Positions 19,764 through 30,791 of a DNA stretch of 64,000 bases are shown piece by piece. Below the pieces are notes generated by a model. That model worked only from the letters and a program-made list of their open reading frames with translations. It had not been told where the DNA came from and did no database searches. Position numbers and translations under genes: made by a program. Numbering within the stretch: the first letter of the stretch is position 1; every line of letters starts with the position of its first letter. Source of the stretch: Promethearchaeota archaeon. Lineage in GTDB: Archaea; Asgardarchaeota; Lokiarchaeia; Sigyniarchaeales; SOKP01. Location: positions 1 through 64,000 of the forward strand of contig JBHLON010000007.1 of assembly GCA_048940445.1 (NCBI GenBank). The letters are read 5' to 3'.

Positions 19764-21191
19764 TTATTCTTCTAATTTTTTAGCTCTATTTTCTAGGAAA
19801 ACCCGCATTTTTTCATAATCTTTAGGATACGTGAAATAGACTAAAGTATAGAGAATTAAACAAATAATCCACGGAATTAATGCAACTAGGAACATTCCCA
19901 TGGCTAAAGCTTGCATATTAGTGATTCTTAAAACAGAATCTACCGGTAAATCGCTTACTACTGTACCTAAAGGAGGTGTTATAAATCCAAAACTAGCAGC
20001 AACTATGCTAACAAAAATAGACCCTAAAGCTCCAAAAGATCCCTCAAAAACTCTATCTACGGCATAAGCAGAACTTCTTATTTCGGGAGGGAAGATTTCG
20101 CTAAAAATAGGATTATTACAACCACCTGCCGTCCATGAGATTCCAAATCCTGTTAATCCTCCTAATACAAGATACATTAACAAAGAATTGGTACTCATGG
20201 GAACTAAAATGAAAATTATAGCCGTCATGGGAATACCAATGAGTACCGAAATCTGAGCAATAATAAGACGACCTCGTTTTAGATTCCATTTCGCTGCTTT
20301 ATCTCCAATCCAGCCTCCAAAAAGATTCCCTAGAGCGGCACCAATTCCAAGTACAACAAATATAATACCGGAAAAAAAACTCGGATATCCAATATATTGA
20401 AACCAGGTAATCATAAAAGCAGTTAGTCCACTCCATGGAATAGAGCCCGCAGTTCCTTGAAGAAATATCAAAACAAAGGTTTTTGTCTTGAAAATCTTTT
20501 TAAAGTCTGAAATTTGAATTCTATATTGTTCTGCTTTTCTAGCAGTAATTACTTCTTTTAATTCAGGTTCCATTTCTCCTCTGATAGGATCTTTTAAGAA
20601 GATTAATACAAGAATGCCCACTATTATACTAATGATACCCCACACAATAAAAACAAATCTCCATGCCTCAATACCTAAAATAAAGTCATAAGAAACCATA
20701 AATGTGGCAAATAAAGCACCAAACACAGCACCTAAAACCCCTGTGAGACCTAACCATCCAAACGCTTTACCTCTTGTTTTGGGAGAAAAATAATCTGCAA
20801 TTAAAGATTGAGCTGTTGGTACAATAACGGCGAGTCCAATACCTGTTAAAGCTCTATAAATCAATATATCTATATAACTGAAGGTAAATGCAATTAAAAT
20901 GGTAAATATTGCCCAAACAAAGCACCCTATGGAAAGTACGCGCTTCCTTGAATGTCTATCACTCCACCATCCCCAAATCGGAGTTGAAATCGCTTGAAGA
21001 ATAGTTCTAACTCCAGTTAAAGATCCTAATCCTACTATACCAATGCCTAACGAACTCTGAACTTGGGGAAAAACAGAAGAAAATAATTGTTGGTCGGCAT
21101 TATCTATTACATTTGCTAAGTTGATTGTCCCTTGAGTCCCACGTCTCCCAGGAATTTTAACTTCTATTTCTGCATTATTTTTTTTTTTCAT
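19764..21191 (-). CDS. MFS transporter
   Basis: WGWWSDRHSRKR, LIADYF..RG, GGWIGD; about 12 TM segments. Confidence 0.85.
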   Translation of the reverse strand: MKKKNNAEIEVKIPGRRGTQGTINLANVIDNADQQLFSSVFPQVQSSLGIGIVGLGSLTGVRTILQAISTPIWGWWSDRHSRKRVLSIGCFVWAIFTILIAFTFSYIDILIYRALTGIGLAVIVPTAQSLIADYFSPKTRGKAFGWLGLTGVLGAVFGALFATFMVSYDFILGIEAWRFVFIVWGIISIIVGILVLIFLKDPIRGEMEPELKEVITARKAEQYRIQISDFKKIFKTKTFVLIFLQGTAGSIPWSGLTAFMITWFQYIGYPSFFSGIIFVVLGIGAALGNLFGGWIGDKAAKWNLKRGRLIIAQISVLIGIPMTAIIFILVPMSTNSLLMYLVLGGLTGFGISWTAGGCNNPIFSEIFPPEIRSSAYAVDRVFEGSFGALGSIFVSIVAASFGFITPPLGTVVSDLPVDSVLRITNMQALAMGMFLVALIPWIICLILYTLVYFTYPKDYEKMRVFLENRAKKLEE

Positions 21192-21644
21192 TCTTTTTCC
21201 CTTCTTTGGAAATAAATTTTATTTTTAAAATTGAGATCAATTGTAAATCGATGATAATTAAAAATTTGGGTTTAAAATTATTAATGTAAATACAAATTAT
21301 TTTAAAAGCTATTTCATATGTAAATTAAAAAACTACCTTTTTACAAAAGTAATTCATAATTCTAGGAGAGATTACATGTTTAAAGAGTTAGATTTAAATC
21401 TTAAATAGTATCATGTGAACTTCTGAACTCGTAGGAATAGAATCAATTAACTTAATTAATTCTCATATAATAAAAAAGCTTCCTAATAGTCTAATTATAC
21501 AAATTAGCTTCCATTATTGTCAATTTAAAAAAAATTCACATTTACGATTTAAAACTAGAAAATTAAAAAACTATCTACCACATATTTAGCTTGATATTCC
21601 TATATAAATGAATTAAATAAATACAAAAAATGATGTGAAAATAA

Positions 21645-22652
21645 ATGACAAAAAATGTCTCTATTAATGGTTTTGGTCGTATTGGTCGATTATTTTTCAG
21701 AGCAGTCTATGATAATTTCTGGAACGATATAAATATCACCTCTATAAACGATCTTTTTGAACCAAAATATTTAGCTTATGCATTAAAATATGATACTGTT
21801 TTTGGTAAGTTTAAAGGAAAGATTGAAGCAAAAGAGAAAGCATTAGTAATTGACGGTAAAGAAATTCCTATTACCGCAGAGAGAGACCCGGCAAATTTGC
21901 CTCATGGAAGTCATAATGTGGATGTTGCCGTAGAATCAACTGGAAGATTTACTGATAGAGATGGGGCATCTAAGCATTTAGCTGCTGGAGCTAAAAGAGT
22001 GCTTATTAGCGCTCCCGCAACAAATCCCGATATTACCGTAGTTTTAGGATGTAATGATGATAAAATAACTAGCGAAGATAAAATCATTTCAAACGCATCG
22101 TGCACTACAAATTGTTTAGCACCCATTGTTAAGGTCTTACATGAGAATTTTAAGATTAAATATGGGTTAATGACAACTATTCATTCATATACTAATGATC
22201 AATCTATAGCAGACATAGCAAGAGCTGGAGCACCTGAAAAGATGATCAGGGGTAGAGCTGCAGCAGCAAATATGATCCCAACATCAACAGGAGCTGCTAA
22301 AGCAATAGGTTTAGTTTTTCCCGAACTTAAAGGTAGACTAGACGGAATAGCTATTCGTGTACCTACCATAGATGGGAGTGTGGTTGATTTGAAAGCAATT
22401 GTTGAAAATAGATGCACTCCTGAGGAACTAAATGCAAAAATGCGTGAAGCGTCAATGGGAGCTTTGAAGGGAATTTTAGACTATGTTGAAGATCCAATTG
22501 TAAGCAGCGATATTATTGGTAATTCCCATAGTTCTGTATTCAGTGCTATGTGGACTAAAGTTATCGAAGATGAGGTATTTATACTTTCCTACTATGACAA
22601 CGAGTGGGGCTTTTCAAATCGTATGGCAGAACTGATAATAAAAAGATTATAA
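21645..22652 (+). CDS. gap: Class I (bacterial/eukaryotic-type) glyceraldehyde-3-phosphate dehydrogenase
   Basis: INGFGRIGR, ESTG, ISAP, SNASCTTNCLAP, TGAAKA, RVPT, YDNEWG. Confidence 0.95.
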   Translation: MTKNVSINGFGRIGRLFFRAVYDNFWNDINITSINDLFEPKYLAYALKYDTVFGKFKGKIEAKEKALVIDGKEIPITAERDPANLPHGSHNVDVAVESTGRFTDRDGASKHLAAGAKRVLISAPATNPDITVVLGCNDDKITSEDKIISNASCTTNCLAPIVKVLHENFKIKYGLMTTIHSYTNDQSIADIARAGAPEKMIRGRAAAANMIPTSTGAAKAIGLVFPELKGRLDGIAIRVPTIDGSVVDLKAIVENRCTPEELNAKMREASMGALKGILDYVEDPIVSSDIIGNSHSSVFSAMWTKVIEDEVFILSYYDNEWGFSNRMAELIIKRL

Positions 22653-22671
22653 GTCTCAAATTTATTTACTC

Positions 22672-22687
22672 TTTTTTTATTTTTTTT
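22672..22687 (+). terminator. Oligo-T terminator after gap
   Basis: T7-A-T8 tract starting 20 nt after the stop. Confidence 0.4.
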
Positions 22688-22763
22688 AAAAATTTGCAGT
22701 GTCTTTAAGGTTTTATTCAATCAAAAACTGATAATTCCAGCTTCAGATTAAAGTAGGAATATT

Positions 22764-23198
22764 ATGTATGATGCATTAAAAAAATTTAACAATAGAATTT
22801 ATACTGGTATGAAAGTGGGAGGAACCCATCATTGGAATTATAATAATGGAAAATGGGTAGAGACTAAGATTGCTCCAGATCAATGGACTATAAAGTTTAA
22901 TTCTATTAAAAGCCGAATAAATCCTGCACCCCATAACACAGGAGCTAGCATTGGGACTCAATTTCATTGGTATATCATAGCAGATCAAATTGCGACTAAA
23001 ATAGATGCGAATTCATATATAACAGAAATGGAGGGGTTAAAATTTAAAATTGGACATAAGCGACCTCATTGGAAAACATTTAGTTATAATTATCCTGAAC
23101 AGATTTCATACAAAAAAAAGATTATAGAAATTTTAAAGGATATAATTAAAAATTTAGAGAAGAATGATAGTTTCGTTAGTAATTTATATCAATATTAA
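22764..23198 (+). CDS. Hypothetical protein, aromatic/His-rich
   Basis: 144-aa ORF with ATG; YTGMKVGGTHHWNY, GTQFHWYIIADQ, GLKFKIGHKRP. Confidence 0.7.
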   Translation: MYDALKKFNNRIYTGMKVGGTHHWNYNNGKWVETKIAPDQWTIKFNSIKSRINPAPHNTGASIGTQFHWYIIADQIATKIDANSYITEMEGLKFKIGHKRPHWKTFSYNYPEQISYKKKIIEILKDIIKNLEKNDSFVSNLYQY

Positions 23199-23887
23199 GA
23201 AGTTCTTTCTCTTTCGAGTGATTCCTTGATTTTTTCGAAAAACTCCTCATCTTCTTTTTTCATCTCCGGAGTATATTGTTTTTCAAATTTAATTGAGCTG
23301 ATAACTTTTATTAGGAAAAGAACCAAGGCAGCTATTGCAATATAATCGAATACTTGAAGCCATATTTCAGTTACATCCCATGTATAATCTATTTCTGCTG
23401 AACTAATAGTAATTCTTATAGCTAATTCAAAAGATTTTGCGACTTGTTGTTCGATTCCTCCAACCAGAAATTTTATTATTACATTTCCTTGACAGATTAC
23501 TTCATCATTTTTGGCTAGGTTTAGATTATGATCCTTTTGATATGAGAGTTTGGGAATTATGTAATTATTATCATAAGTTGCTATTGTTTGTGTACCCTTA
23601 TAAATATTGTAATTAATGTCCGTAATTCCAATCTTTTCAACTGAACCACTCGAGATTACATTAAAAATGACTGTTCCTCTATATTTATCATAACCTGTTA
23701 AACTTACAATAAAATTAACATTAACACCTCCACTTCCCACACCTAAATTATCACTAAAATCTTCATTATCATTATATGTACCAATTCCCAATAATTCTGT
23801 CAGATTATATATTATAGGTAAGAGTATAATAGAAGACGCTAATAGTATACTGATGATTATTAATTGATTTCTATGGTTTTTTTTAAT
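23195..23887 (-). CDS. Hypothetical membrane-anchored protein (N-terminal signal/TM and C-terminal TM); start uncertain
   Basis: ORF track gives 23195..23791. The frame stays open upstream and encodes IKKNHRNQLIIISILLASSIILLPIIY (signal-like), beginning at ATT 23887. Confidence 0.55.
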   Translation of the reverse strand: MKKNHRNQLIIISILLASSIILLPIIYNLTELLGIGTYNDNEDFSDNLGVGSGGVNVNFIVSLTGYDKYRGTVIFNVISSGSVEKIGITDINYNIYKGTQTIATYDNNYIIPKLSYQKDHNLNLAKNDEVICQGNVIIKFLVGGIEQQVAKSFELAIRITISSAEIDYTWDVTEIWLQVFDYIAIAALVLFLIKVISSIKFEKQYTPEMKKEDEEFFEKIKESLERERTS

Positions 23888-24125
23888 ATTAAATCCTACT
23901 CCATTTTTGGATAGAAATAGAATAGAAAACTTATAAAAATTACCTTAGGAAAGCTGTTATTTGAAACGTAAAATAATAAAAGAGATAGTATTGAATAAGA
24001 AAAAGAATATTTTTGTTCTCTACTAAAATTTAGTATCCATTATTAGTCCTTTATCACATTTACATTAAACCTATTATTCTTTTAAATAAGAATAATTTTT
24101 TATATTCTCTTTTTTTTAAATATGT

Positions 24126-25061
24126 ATGGATTTAGACTCAGCAAAACCAATAAAGATTGAGGATAAGTATTTATTTGATAATTATTTTAAGAGATATTCA
24201 CCTGAAATCTCTGAATTTACCTTTACTAACCTTTTCATGTGGAGAAATTATTATCAATTTCTATTTATCGAGTATAAAAATCATTTAATTATTTTTTCTA
24301 ATGATTATCTAAAAACCAGAAGAAAACCAATTCTTAGAGAAGATCCTAGAAACTTTAGATATTTTTTTCCTCCTATTGGACCCCATGCAGACCAAATTAT
24401 AATAGATTTATTTGAAAATCTTGAGAATCTAGAAGTTCACAGGCTTTCAGATAGAATTTGTAAGGATTTAGTTCAAAACGAGAAATATATTAATCTAAAT
24501 CTAAAATGCATAGAAGATCGAAATAATTGGGATTATATTTATGATAAAAATGAGATTATAAATTTAGAGGGAAATAAATACAGACAAAATAGAAGATGGT
24601 TACATAAATTTTTAGGTAACTATAATTATGATTTCCAATTATTAACGGAAGATTTAATTGAGAAATGTAAAGAACTTCAATTGGAGTGGTGCATTTTAAG
24701 AGGTTGCACTGAAGATGAGAGTTTAGAGGCAGAACAAGAGGCAATATATGAAGCTCTAAATAATTTTAGTGATCTTGGTTTTAGTGGTGGAATATTATGC
24801 GTAGATGATAAATGTGCTGCTTACACATTTGGTGAAATGTTGAATGATAATACTTTGGTAATCCACATTGAAAAAGCCCATATAAAGTATGAGGGGGCTT
24901 ATCAAGCAATCAATAATTTCTTCTTGAAAAATTGTTGTATAAATGCTTTATTTGTTAATAGAGAACAAGATCTGGGAATAGATGGTATAAAAAGAGCAAA
25001 AGAGTCCTATAAACCTATAAGAATGGTAAGAAAGAGTATTATTTACCGCAAGCCTGTATAA
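24126..25061 (+). CDS. DUF2156 / phosphatidylglycerol lysyltransferase C-terminal-like (aa-tRNA-dependent transferase fold) protein
   Basis: SEFTFTNLFMW, WDYIY, HIEKA, GAYQAIN, VNREQDLG..G.KRAKESYKP. Confidence 0.85.
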   Translation: MDLDSAKPIKIEDKYLFDNYFKRYSPEISEFTFTNLFMWRNYYQFLFIEYKNHLIIFSNDYLKTRRKPILREDPRNFRYFFPPIGPHADQIIIDLFENLENLEVHRLSDRICKDLVQNEKYINLNLKCIEDRNNWDYIYDKNEIINLEGNKYRQNRRWLHKFLGNYNYDFQLLTEDLIEKCKELQLEWCILRGCTEDESLEAEQEAIYEALNNFSDLGFSGGILCVDDKCAAYTFGEMLNDNTLVIHIEKAHIKYEGAYQAINNFFLKNCCINALFVNREQDLGIDGIKRAKESYKPIRMVRKSIIYRKPV

Positions 25062-25210
25062 TCCCCATGTGCACTATTCTTTTTCTTTTCAATAAATATT
25101 GGATTTATGAAGATTTATATACTCTTATTACTTGACAATTCTAGTTAGTAAGCATTAATAAGTCATAATTATCTTATATTACTATAAAAATGAAATTAAT
25201 GTGAAAAACA

Positions 25211-26905
25211 ATGTCAGATGATTTAAATAAAGAGACTCAAAAAGAGGAAATGCCTGTTGGCAGACTGTATGGAAAAACAACCCCATACGAGGTTACAATG
25301 CAAGTCCAAGATCCATCCGTCTTAAAAAGCACATATCTTGCAATTTATGGTGAAAAAGATAAAGAAGGAAAACGATCCCACTATGTTCTTAGTATTGCTG
25401 ATATGTGGAGTGATGAAAGTGGAATGCTTGCGTCCTTAACGGTTCTAGGAGAGAGACCTAAAAGACCTTTTGAGGTTGGTGCTGAAGTTTACAAGGCAAA
25501 AAAGGAACAAATTACAAAATTGTTAGGTATTTATAATCCTCCTGAAGAATCGATTTCAATTGGAAAGTTACTTGGGTACGAGTTTAATGTTAACTTATTA
25601 GTAAAAAACTTTGGGAGAATATTTATTACAGGGAAATCTGGCAGTGGAAAATCATATACTATGGGAGTATTATGTGAAGAATTTATGGATAAGGGAATTC
25701 CCGTGGTTATTTTAGATCGTCATGGAGAATATGGTTCATTAAAGGTAGCAGCTAAGTCAGAGGGAATGAAAGGAGAGAAAGCAGAAAGTGAATATGTTGA
25801 TAAAATTATTGAATTTTCCGATCTAAAAATTAATAAAGGTGGTGATATCGATGTAGAATATTTATTTTCACTAGACGCAACTGATCTCGTAGCTCCAAAT
25901 TTATGTACCATAGTAAATATGAGAGGTATGGATTTAAATGTTCAAGAGATGATTGCTGGAAAGTTGCTCAAGAAATTATATCAAGCAAGTACTGCAAGGA
26001 GGATTCAACCATTTTATCTATTCCTAGATGAGGCACATTTATTTGCTGGCAAAAAAAGAACAGAGACGTGTGAAACTGTAAAGCTATTCTCGCAAGAAGG
26101 ACGAAAGTTTGGTGCAAATTTAGTAATAGGAACACAAAGACCTCAACTTTTGGATACAACAATTCGAGCACAAGCGGGTTCATGGATAGTTCATAATCTC
26201 ACAGATGTAAGAGATATTGATGTTACTATTTCAAGCGCAGAAGATTTAAGTAAAGATAATAGAAAAGATATCTCTGGATTGGATAAGGGTCAAGCAATAA
26301 TCTGTGGAGAAGCTGTTAAAGGCATCCCCTTGTATGTTAAAATAAGAACTCGACGCACAGAACATGGCGGAATTGGCTTTAATCCTTTAGATTTTCTTCC
26401 AAAACAAACTGTTGACGAATTGCAGATGAGACGCCAAAGAATACTTGGAGGAAAAAGTGCAAATGAATTAGAGACTGGCAAGGCAATATTTGAGGAAATA
26501 ACTGCCCCAAAAACGTCTGCAGAATATTTGGATGAAATTGCTTCATTAAAAATTAAAATTAAAGAATTGGAAGAAGAAATTCAAGCACTTAAAGAAAAGT
26601 TAGTGGAGTTAGAAGCAGAAAAGCCTTCAGAAACGTCCGTTACCGCAGAAAATGTTGATGAGAGAATTAAAGATTTACAAACGGATTTAAAAGTTTGGCA
26701 AGAAAAATATAATTATCTAAAGGAGACATTAGAAAATCCAGACTCATTTCCTCAAACTGACGATGAGAGTAGTGGAGCAATAATTGATTTGCAGGAAAAA
26801 ACTATCGAATTAGAAGCTCAACTTGGAAAATATAAATCTAAATATGCTGATGCAATTGTTATTGCTGAAAAAGCAATAAATGAGCTCAAAAAAAGAAGTA
26901 CATGA
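25211..26905 (+). CDS. HerA/FtsK-like (DUF87) ATPase with C-terminal coiled coil
   Basis: Walker A GKSGSGKS, LDRHGEY, Walker B FLDEAH, EGRKFG, TQRP; heptad-rich C-terminus. Confidence 0.85.
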   Translation: MSDDLNKETQKEEMPVGRLYGKTTPYEVTMQVQDPSVLKSTYLAIYGEKDKEGKRSHYVLSIADMWSDESGMLASLTVLGERPKRPFEVGAEVYKAKKEQITKLLGIYNPPEESISIGKLLGYEFNVNLLVKNFGRIFITGKSGSGKSYTMGVLCEEFMDKGIPVVILDRHGEYGSLKVAAKSEGMKGEKAESEYVDKIIEFSDLKINKGGDIDVEYLFSLDATDLVAPNLCTIVNMRGMDLNVQEMIAGKLLKKLYQASTARRIQPFYLFLDEAHLFAGKKRTETCETVKLFSQEGRKFGANLVIGTQRPQLLDTTIRAQAGSWIVHNLTDVRDIDVTISSAEDLSKDNRKDISGLDKGQAIICGEAVKGIPLYVKIRTRRTEHGGIGFNPLDFLPKQTVDELQMRRQRILGGKSANELETGKAIFEEITAPKTSAEYLDEIASLKIKIKELEEEIQALKEKLVELEAEKPSETSVTAENVDERIKDLQTDLKVWQEKYNYLKETLENPDSFPQTDDESSGAIIDLQEKTIELEAQLGKYKSKYADAIVIAEKAINELKKRST

Positions 26906-27030
26906 GTTTTATTTTTTTAAAATCTTACTTTTACTATTCCAAGAAAGTGATCAGTATTTTGGATAATTTTATTTTAGATTAGTCAAACTAATACATATTA
27001 AAAAGATTTCTTATTGTATGTGATCATAAA

Positions 27031-28098
27031 TTGGATTTACAAAGTATTAAAGATCTTCAAAAGCAATTATCTTCTTTATTTGGTGTGTCTGGATTCGAAG
27101 ATCAGGTAAGTGATTTTATATTGAATAGCATTGAAAATGAACAACTGGCAGATAAAGTCTGGAAGGATCCGCTTGGAAATGTACTTGCTATTAAGGAGGG
27201 AAAAGAGGGAAAAAGTAGAATTTTATTTGATGCTCATATTGATGAAATTGGATTCATGATTTCCCATATAGAAAAATCAGGGTTCTTAAGATTTGTTTTG
27301 ATAGGTGGTTGGGATATAAGAATATTATTAGGCCAAGCTATAATTTTAAAGTCTAATTCTGGAGAGATTTTACACGGGATTATTGGATCTAAACCTCCAC
27401 ACCTTACAACTGCTAAGGAGAGAAAAAGAATTACCGACACTTCTGATATGTATATTGATATTGGCATGAATTCATATGAGGACGTAATTAACAGTGGAAT
27501 AGAAATAGGCTCAGTTGGCACTTTATTTGATCCATTTGAAGATTTCCCTAATAATATGGTTCGCGGAAAAGCATTTGATGATAGAACCGGATGTAACGTC
27601 CTTTTACATTTAATGAGGCAATTAAAACAAAATCTAACAATCGAAGATACACTCTTATTTAATTTTGCTGTACAAGAAGAATTTGGGCGGATTGGAGCAG
27701 TGACTGGCGCTTTTAGATTAAAACCAACAATGGCAATTGCCATAGAAAATACAACTGCTGGAGATGTTCCAGACATTAAGGAATCAAGGATTCCAGTTTT
27801 TATTGGAAAAGGACCAGCAATTTCAGTAGCAGATAAATCTATTATTTGTTCGCCTCATGTCAACAAAAGACTTATAGAAAATGCTAAAATTGAAAAAGTT
27901 CCCTTTCAAATTAAAAAGCCTATGTATGGAAAGACAGATGCTGGTAAAATTCAGCTCACTCGTGAAGGAGTTCCAAGCACAGTTGTGTCAGTTCCTTGTC
28001 GCTATATACACTCTCCAACATCATTACTAAGATTAGATGATGTCTCAAATACAGTACGATTACTAGAGGCATTTATAAAAAATCCTGCAAATATATAA
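27031..28098 (+). CDS. M42 family (TET) aminopeptidase
   Basis: AHIDEIG, KAFDDRTG, VQEEFG, TDAG, RYIHSP. Confidence 0.9.
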   Translation: MDLQSIKDLQKQLSSLFGVSGFEDQVSDFILNSIENEQLADKVWKDPLGNVLAIKEGKEGKSRILFDAHIDEIGFMISHIEKSGFLRFVLIGGWDIRILLGQAIILKSNSGEILHGIIGSKPPHLTTAKERKRITDTSDMYIDIGMNSYEDVINSGIEIGSVGTLFDPFEDFPNNMVRGKAFDDRTGCNVLLHLMRQLKQNLTIEDTLLFNFAVQEEFGRIGAVTGAFRLKPTMAIAIENTTAGDVPDIKESRIPVFIGKGPAISVADKSIICSPHVNKRLIENAKIEKVPFQIKKPMYGKTDAGKIQLTREGVPSTVVSVPCRYIHSPTSLLRLDDVSNTVRLLEAFIKNPANI

Positions 28099-28192
28099 TT
28101 TTTAAACGGATTTTTTCGATTCTCTACTTTTTATAAATCAAATAATATTTAGAAATAAAAATTAAAGAAAAAAGTGAAATTTAGAATTATTA

Positions 28193-28756
28193 TTATTTAG
28201 CACCAATCGGTAGAATGGTTCTACCATATGTTTCATTTAAAATTTCGGCAATTGCTAAATAGATTGCACTTGAGCCACATAAGACTCCTTCATATCCTGC
28301 TATCACAGTTATCAAAGAGATTCCTGTAAAATCACCTATGGCTAAAAGGAAAAACAAGACTGCTAAAGTTAAAAAAACCGTTTGTAAAGCTCTATTTATC
28401 TTCAAAGTGCCAAAAAACATAAGTAAAGTAAAGATACCCCACATTAATAAATAGGCCCCTATTTCGATTGACCCAGATGTAGTAGGCCAAAAACCTACAT
28501 TGGGAAAGACATTTAGAAACACCAACGTTAACCAAAATAATCCATATGAAGTAAAAGCAACCGTACCGAAACTATTACCTTTCTTATATTCCATAATTCC
28601 TGCAATTATTTGAGCTATACCTCCATAAAAAATACCCATACTGAGTATCATTGGACCTAAAAGGTATAAACCCGCATTATGAAGATTTAATAATACTGTT
28701 GTCATACCAAATCCCATGAGGCCGAGAGGTGCTGGATTTGCCAATTCATCACTCAT
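28193..28756 (-). CDS. satP: Acetate/succinate uptake transporter, GPR1/FUN34/YaaH family
   Basis: [29 protein letters not shown]. Confidence 0.92.
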   Translation of the reverse strand: MSDELANPAPLGLMGFGMTTVLLNLHNAGLYLLGPMILSMGIFYGGIAQIIAGIMEYKKGNSFGTVAFTSYGLFWLTLVFLNVFPNVGFWPTTSGSIEIGAYLLMWGIFTLLMFFGTLKINRALQTVFLTLAVLFFLLAIGDFTGISLITVIAGYEGVLCGSSAIYLAIAEILNETYGRTILPIGAK

Positions 28757-28975
28757 TTTAATTTCACAATTAGTAATTTTGAATATTATGATCCTTATCT
28801 ATGTAAAAATTATTACAAAGTTAAAAAGATTATATTAATCTTATATAAAAAAACAAAAATAAGAAAAGTTAAGATATTAGAATCTATAACTTCTTTCTTT
28901 TTTATTTCATTATCTATTATGTAAAAAAGTGTTCTATGTTATTTTTTTAAATAGGATTAGGTCGTATTTGTTACT

Positions 28976-30673
28976 ATGAGTCCATTTATTCTTTCAAAAA
29001 AGAGAATTATTTTAATCTGTATCTTTTCAACCATTTTTATAATCGGTACTATCTTTATTTTTATAACTCCATTTAGCGTAAAAAGCACCTATGGGCTTAC
29101 AACTACTACTACTGATGGTGTAACAATTGCCTTCAATGTATTTGAACCTCAAAATGGCGGAATAAACAAACCAGCCTTCATAATAGGGCATGGGATCATG
29201 GCTAATAAAGAAATGTTAAAAGACTATGCAATTGAGTTAGCTACGACAGGATTTGTGGCAATTCCTTTCGACTTTAGAGGTCATGGTCAAAGTTCAGCAG
29301 GAGATCCTGATGGTATGTTTAGAGATATCATTGCAATTAAAGAATACTTAAACACTAGAGGCGACGTTAACATGAATTCATTAGGTTATATAGGATATAG
29401 TATGGGAGGATTAGGTCAGGGTCTAATTAATAATGACACTGACTTTATTTGCTTTATTGGAGTAGGTACTGGGTTATATAACAGTACTAAGCTTAGATTA
29501 GGTAATTCAACAAATCCATTGGACATCCTTATGATTCAAGCTTTATTCGATGAAGCCGTTGAGCTAGATGGATTAAAAATGAATTTAGCAACGCGGATAA
29601 ACGTTCCTTCTGCGAATGATGTCAATGTAAATAAGATTTATGGTTCATTTAATGAAGGTAATGCTACAATGATTTATTTAGATGACGATAGTAATCATTT
29701 AAAAGTTGCGTGGGATGTTGACTTTATACGATTAGCGAGAGATTGGGCAATTAATTCTTTTGATATTAACGTAATTGATGAAAATTTTTATGCAAATACA
29801 AGAGCAATTATCTTATTAATACAAGTTATCGGTGGGATGGGATTCTTCTTTATAATAATCGAACCTTTTTCAAAGTTAATAGTTCAGTCAAAAAAAGAGA
29901 GAAAAAGAGGAGTAGACATAGATTCATATAAAATTGAATCAACAAGCCTAACTGTAAAAAACTTATCAATAAAAGCGTTTGTTTATTCTCTAGTGTTTGG
30001 CATTCCAGGGATTTTAATTTTTATACCCCTCTTATTGATTTTACCCTTAGCAATAGCTGGTTTTGCATTAGCATTGTTATTTGGTCAAACTTTTGGATTT
30101 ATTGTTTTATTGTGGAGAATTGGTAAAAAAGTAAATACATCACTAATAGAAATGATCACAAACGTATTCAAAGGAACTACCAGATTTTTAAAGCACTTAG
30201 CCTTAGGTACCATTCTTGCAGCCATATTATATATTATCGCATACTTGTCTGTGGGATTAAATTATTTCGCATTATTGCCTTCGATAAATAAATTTTGGAT
30301 ATTACCTATCTATTTCGTTATTCTATTTTTTATAAACATAATATATTCTCTATTAATGCAAGTTATAATTCAAAATAAATACCTAGATTCACTCCAGAAT
30401 ACATTGAAGATATTTATTATAGGGCTGATATTACCATCCTCTTACTACTTTATTTACCTTTTAATCTTGGGGTTTATCTTGAGAAGTTTCTTTTTCCTTG
30501 GAATCTTTTTCCCTATAGCTTTAATTCTATTTATGGTTAATTCATCTACATCAATAATGGTTTATAAAAAGTCGGGTAACATTATTGCTGGAGCTGTGAT
30601 TAATGCTATTTTAGTTGCTTTCATAATTGTGACTATTTCTCCATCGTTTGTAGGTTTAGCATTTTTCTTATAA
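28976..30673 (+). CDS. Membrane-bound alpha/beta hydrolase
   Basis: GHG, DFRGHGQS, GYSMGG nucleophile elbow; multi-TM C-terminal half. Confidence 0.8.
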   Translation: MSPFILSKKRIILICIFSTIFIIGTIFIFITPFSVKSTYGLTTTTTDGVTIAFNVFEPQNGGINKPAFIIGHGIMANKEMLKDYAIELATTGFVAIPFDFRGHGQSSAGDPDGMFRDIIAIKEYLNTRGDVNMNSLGYIGYSMGGLGQGLINNDTDFICFIGVGTGLYNSTKLRLGNSTNPLDILMIQALFDEAVELDGLKMNLATRINVPSANDVNVNKIYGSFNEGNATMIYLDDDSNHLKVAWDVDFIRLARDWAINSFDINVIDENFYANTRAIILLIQVIGGMGFFFIIIEPFSKLIVQSKKERKRGVDIDSYKIESTSLTVKNLSIKAFVYSLVFGIPGILIFIPLLLILPLAIAGFALALLFGQTFGFIVLLWRIGKKVNTSLIEMITNVFKGTTRFLKHLALGTILAAILYIIAYLSVGLNYFALLPSINKFWILPIYFVILFFINIIYSLLMQVIIQNKYLDSLQNTLKIFIIGLILPSSYYFIYLLILGFILRSFFFLGIFFPIALILFMVNSSTSIMVYKKSGNIIAGAVINAILVAFIIVTISPSFVGLAFFL

Positions 30674-30791
30674 ATTTCAAAAATTTTTTTTAATTTTAAT
30701 CTTTCAAAATTTAAATTAATAAGTTTAAAATGTTATATAGTATGGTGAATTTATTAATTAAAATACAGACAAACTAGAAATAATATTAATT

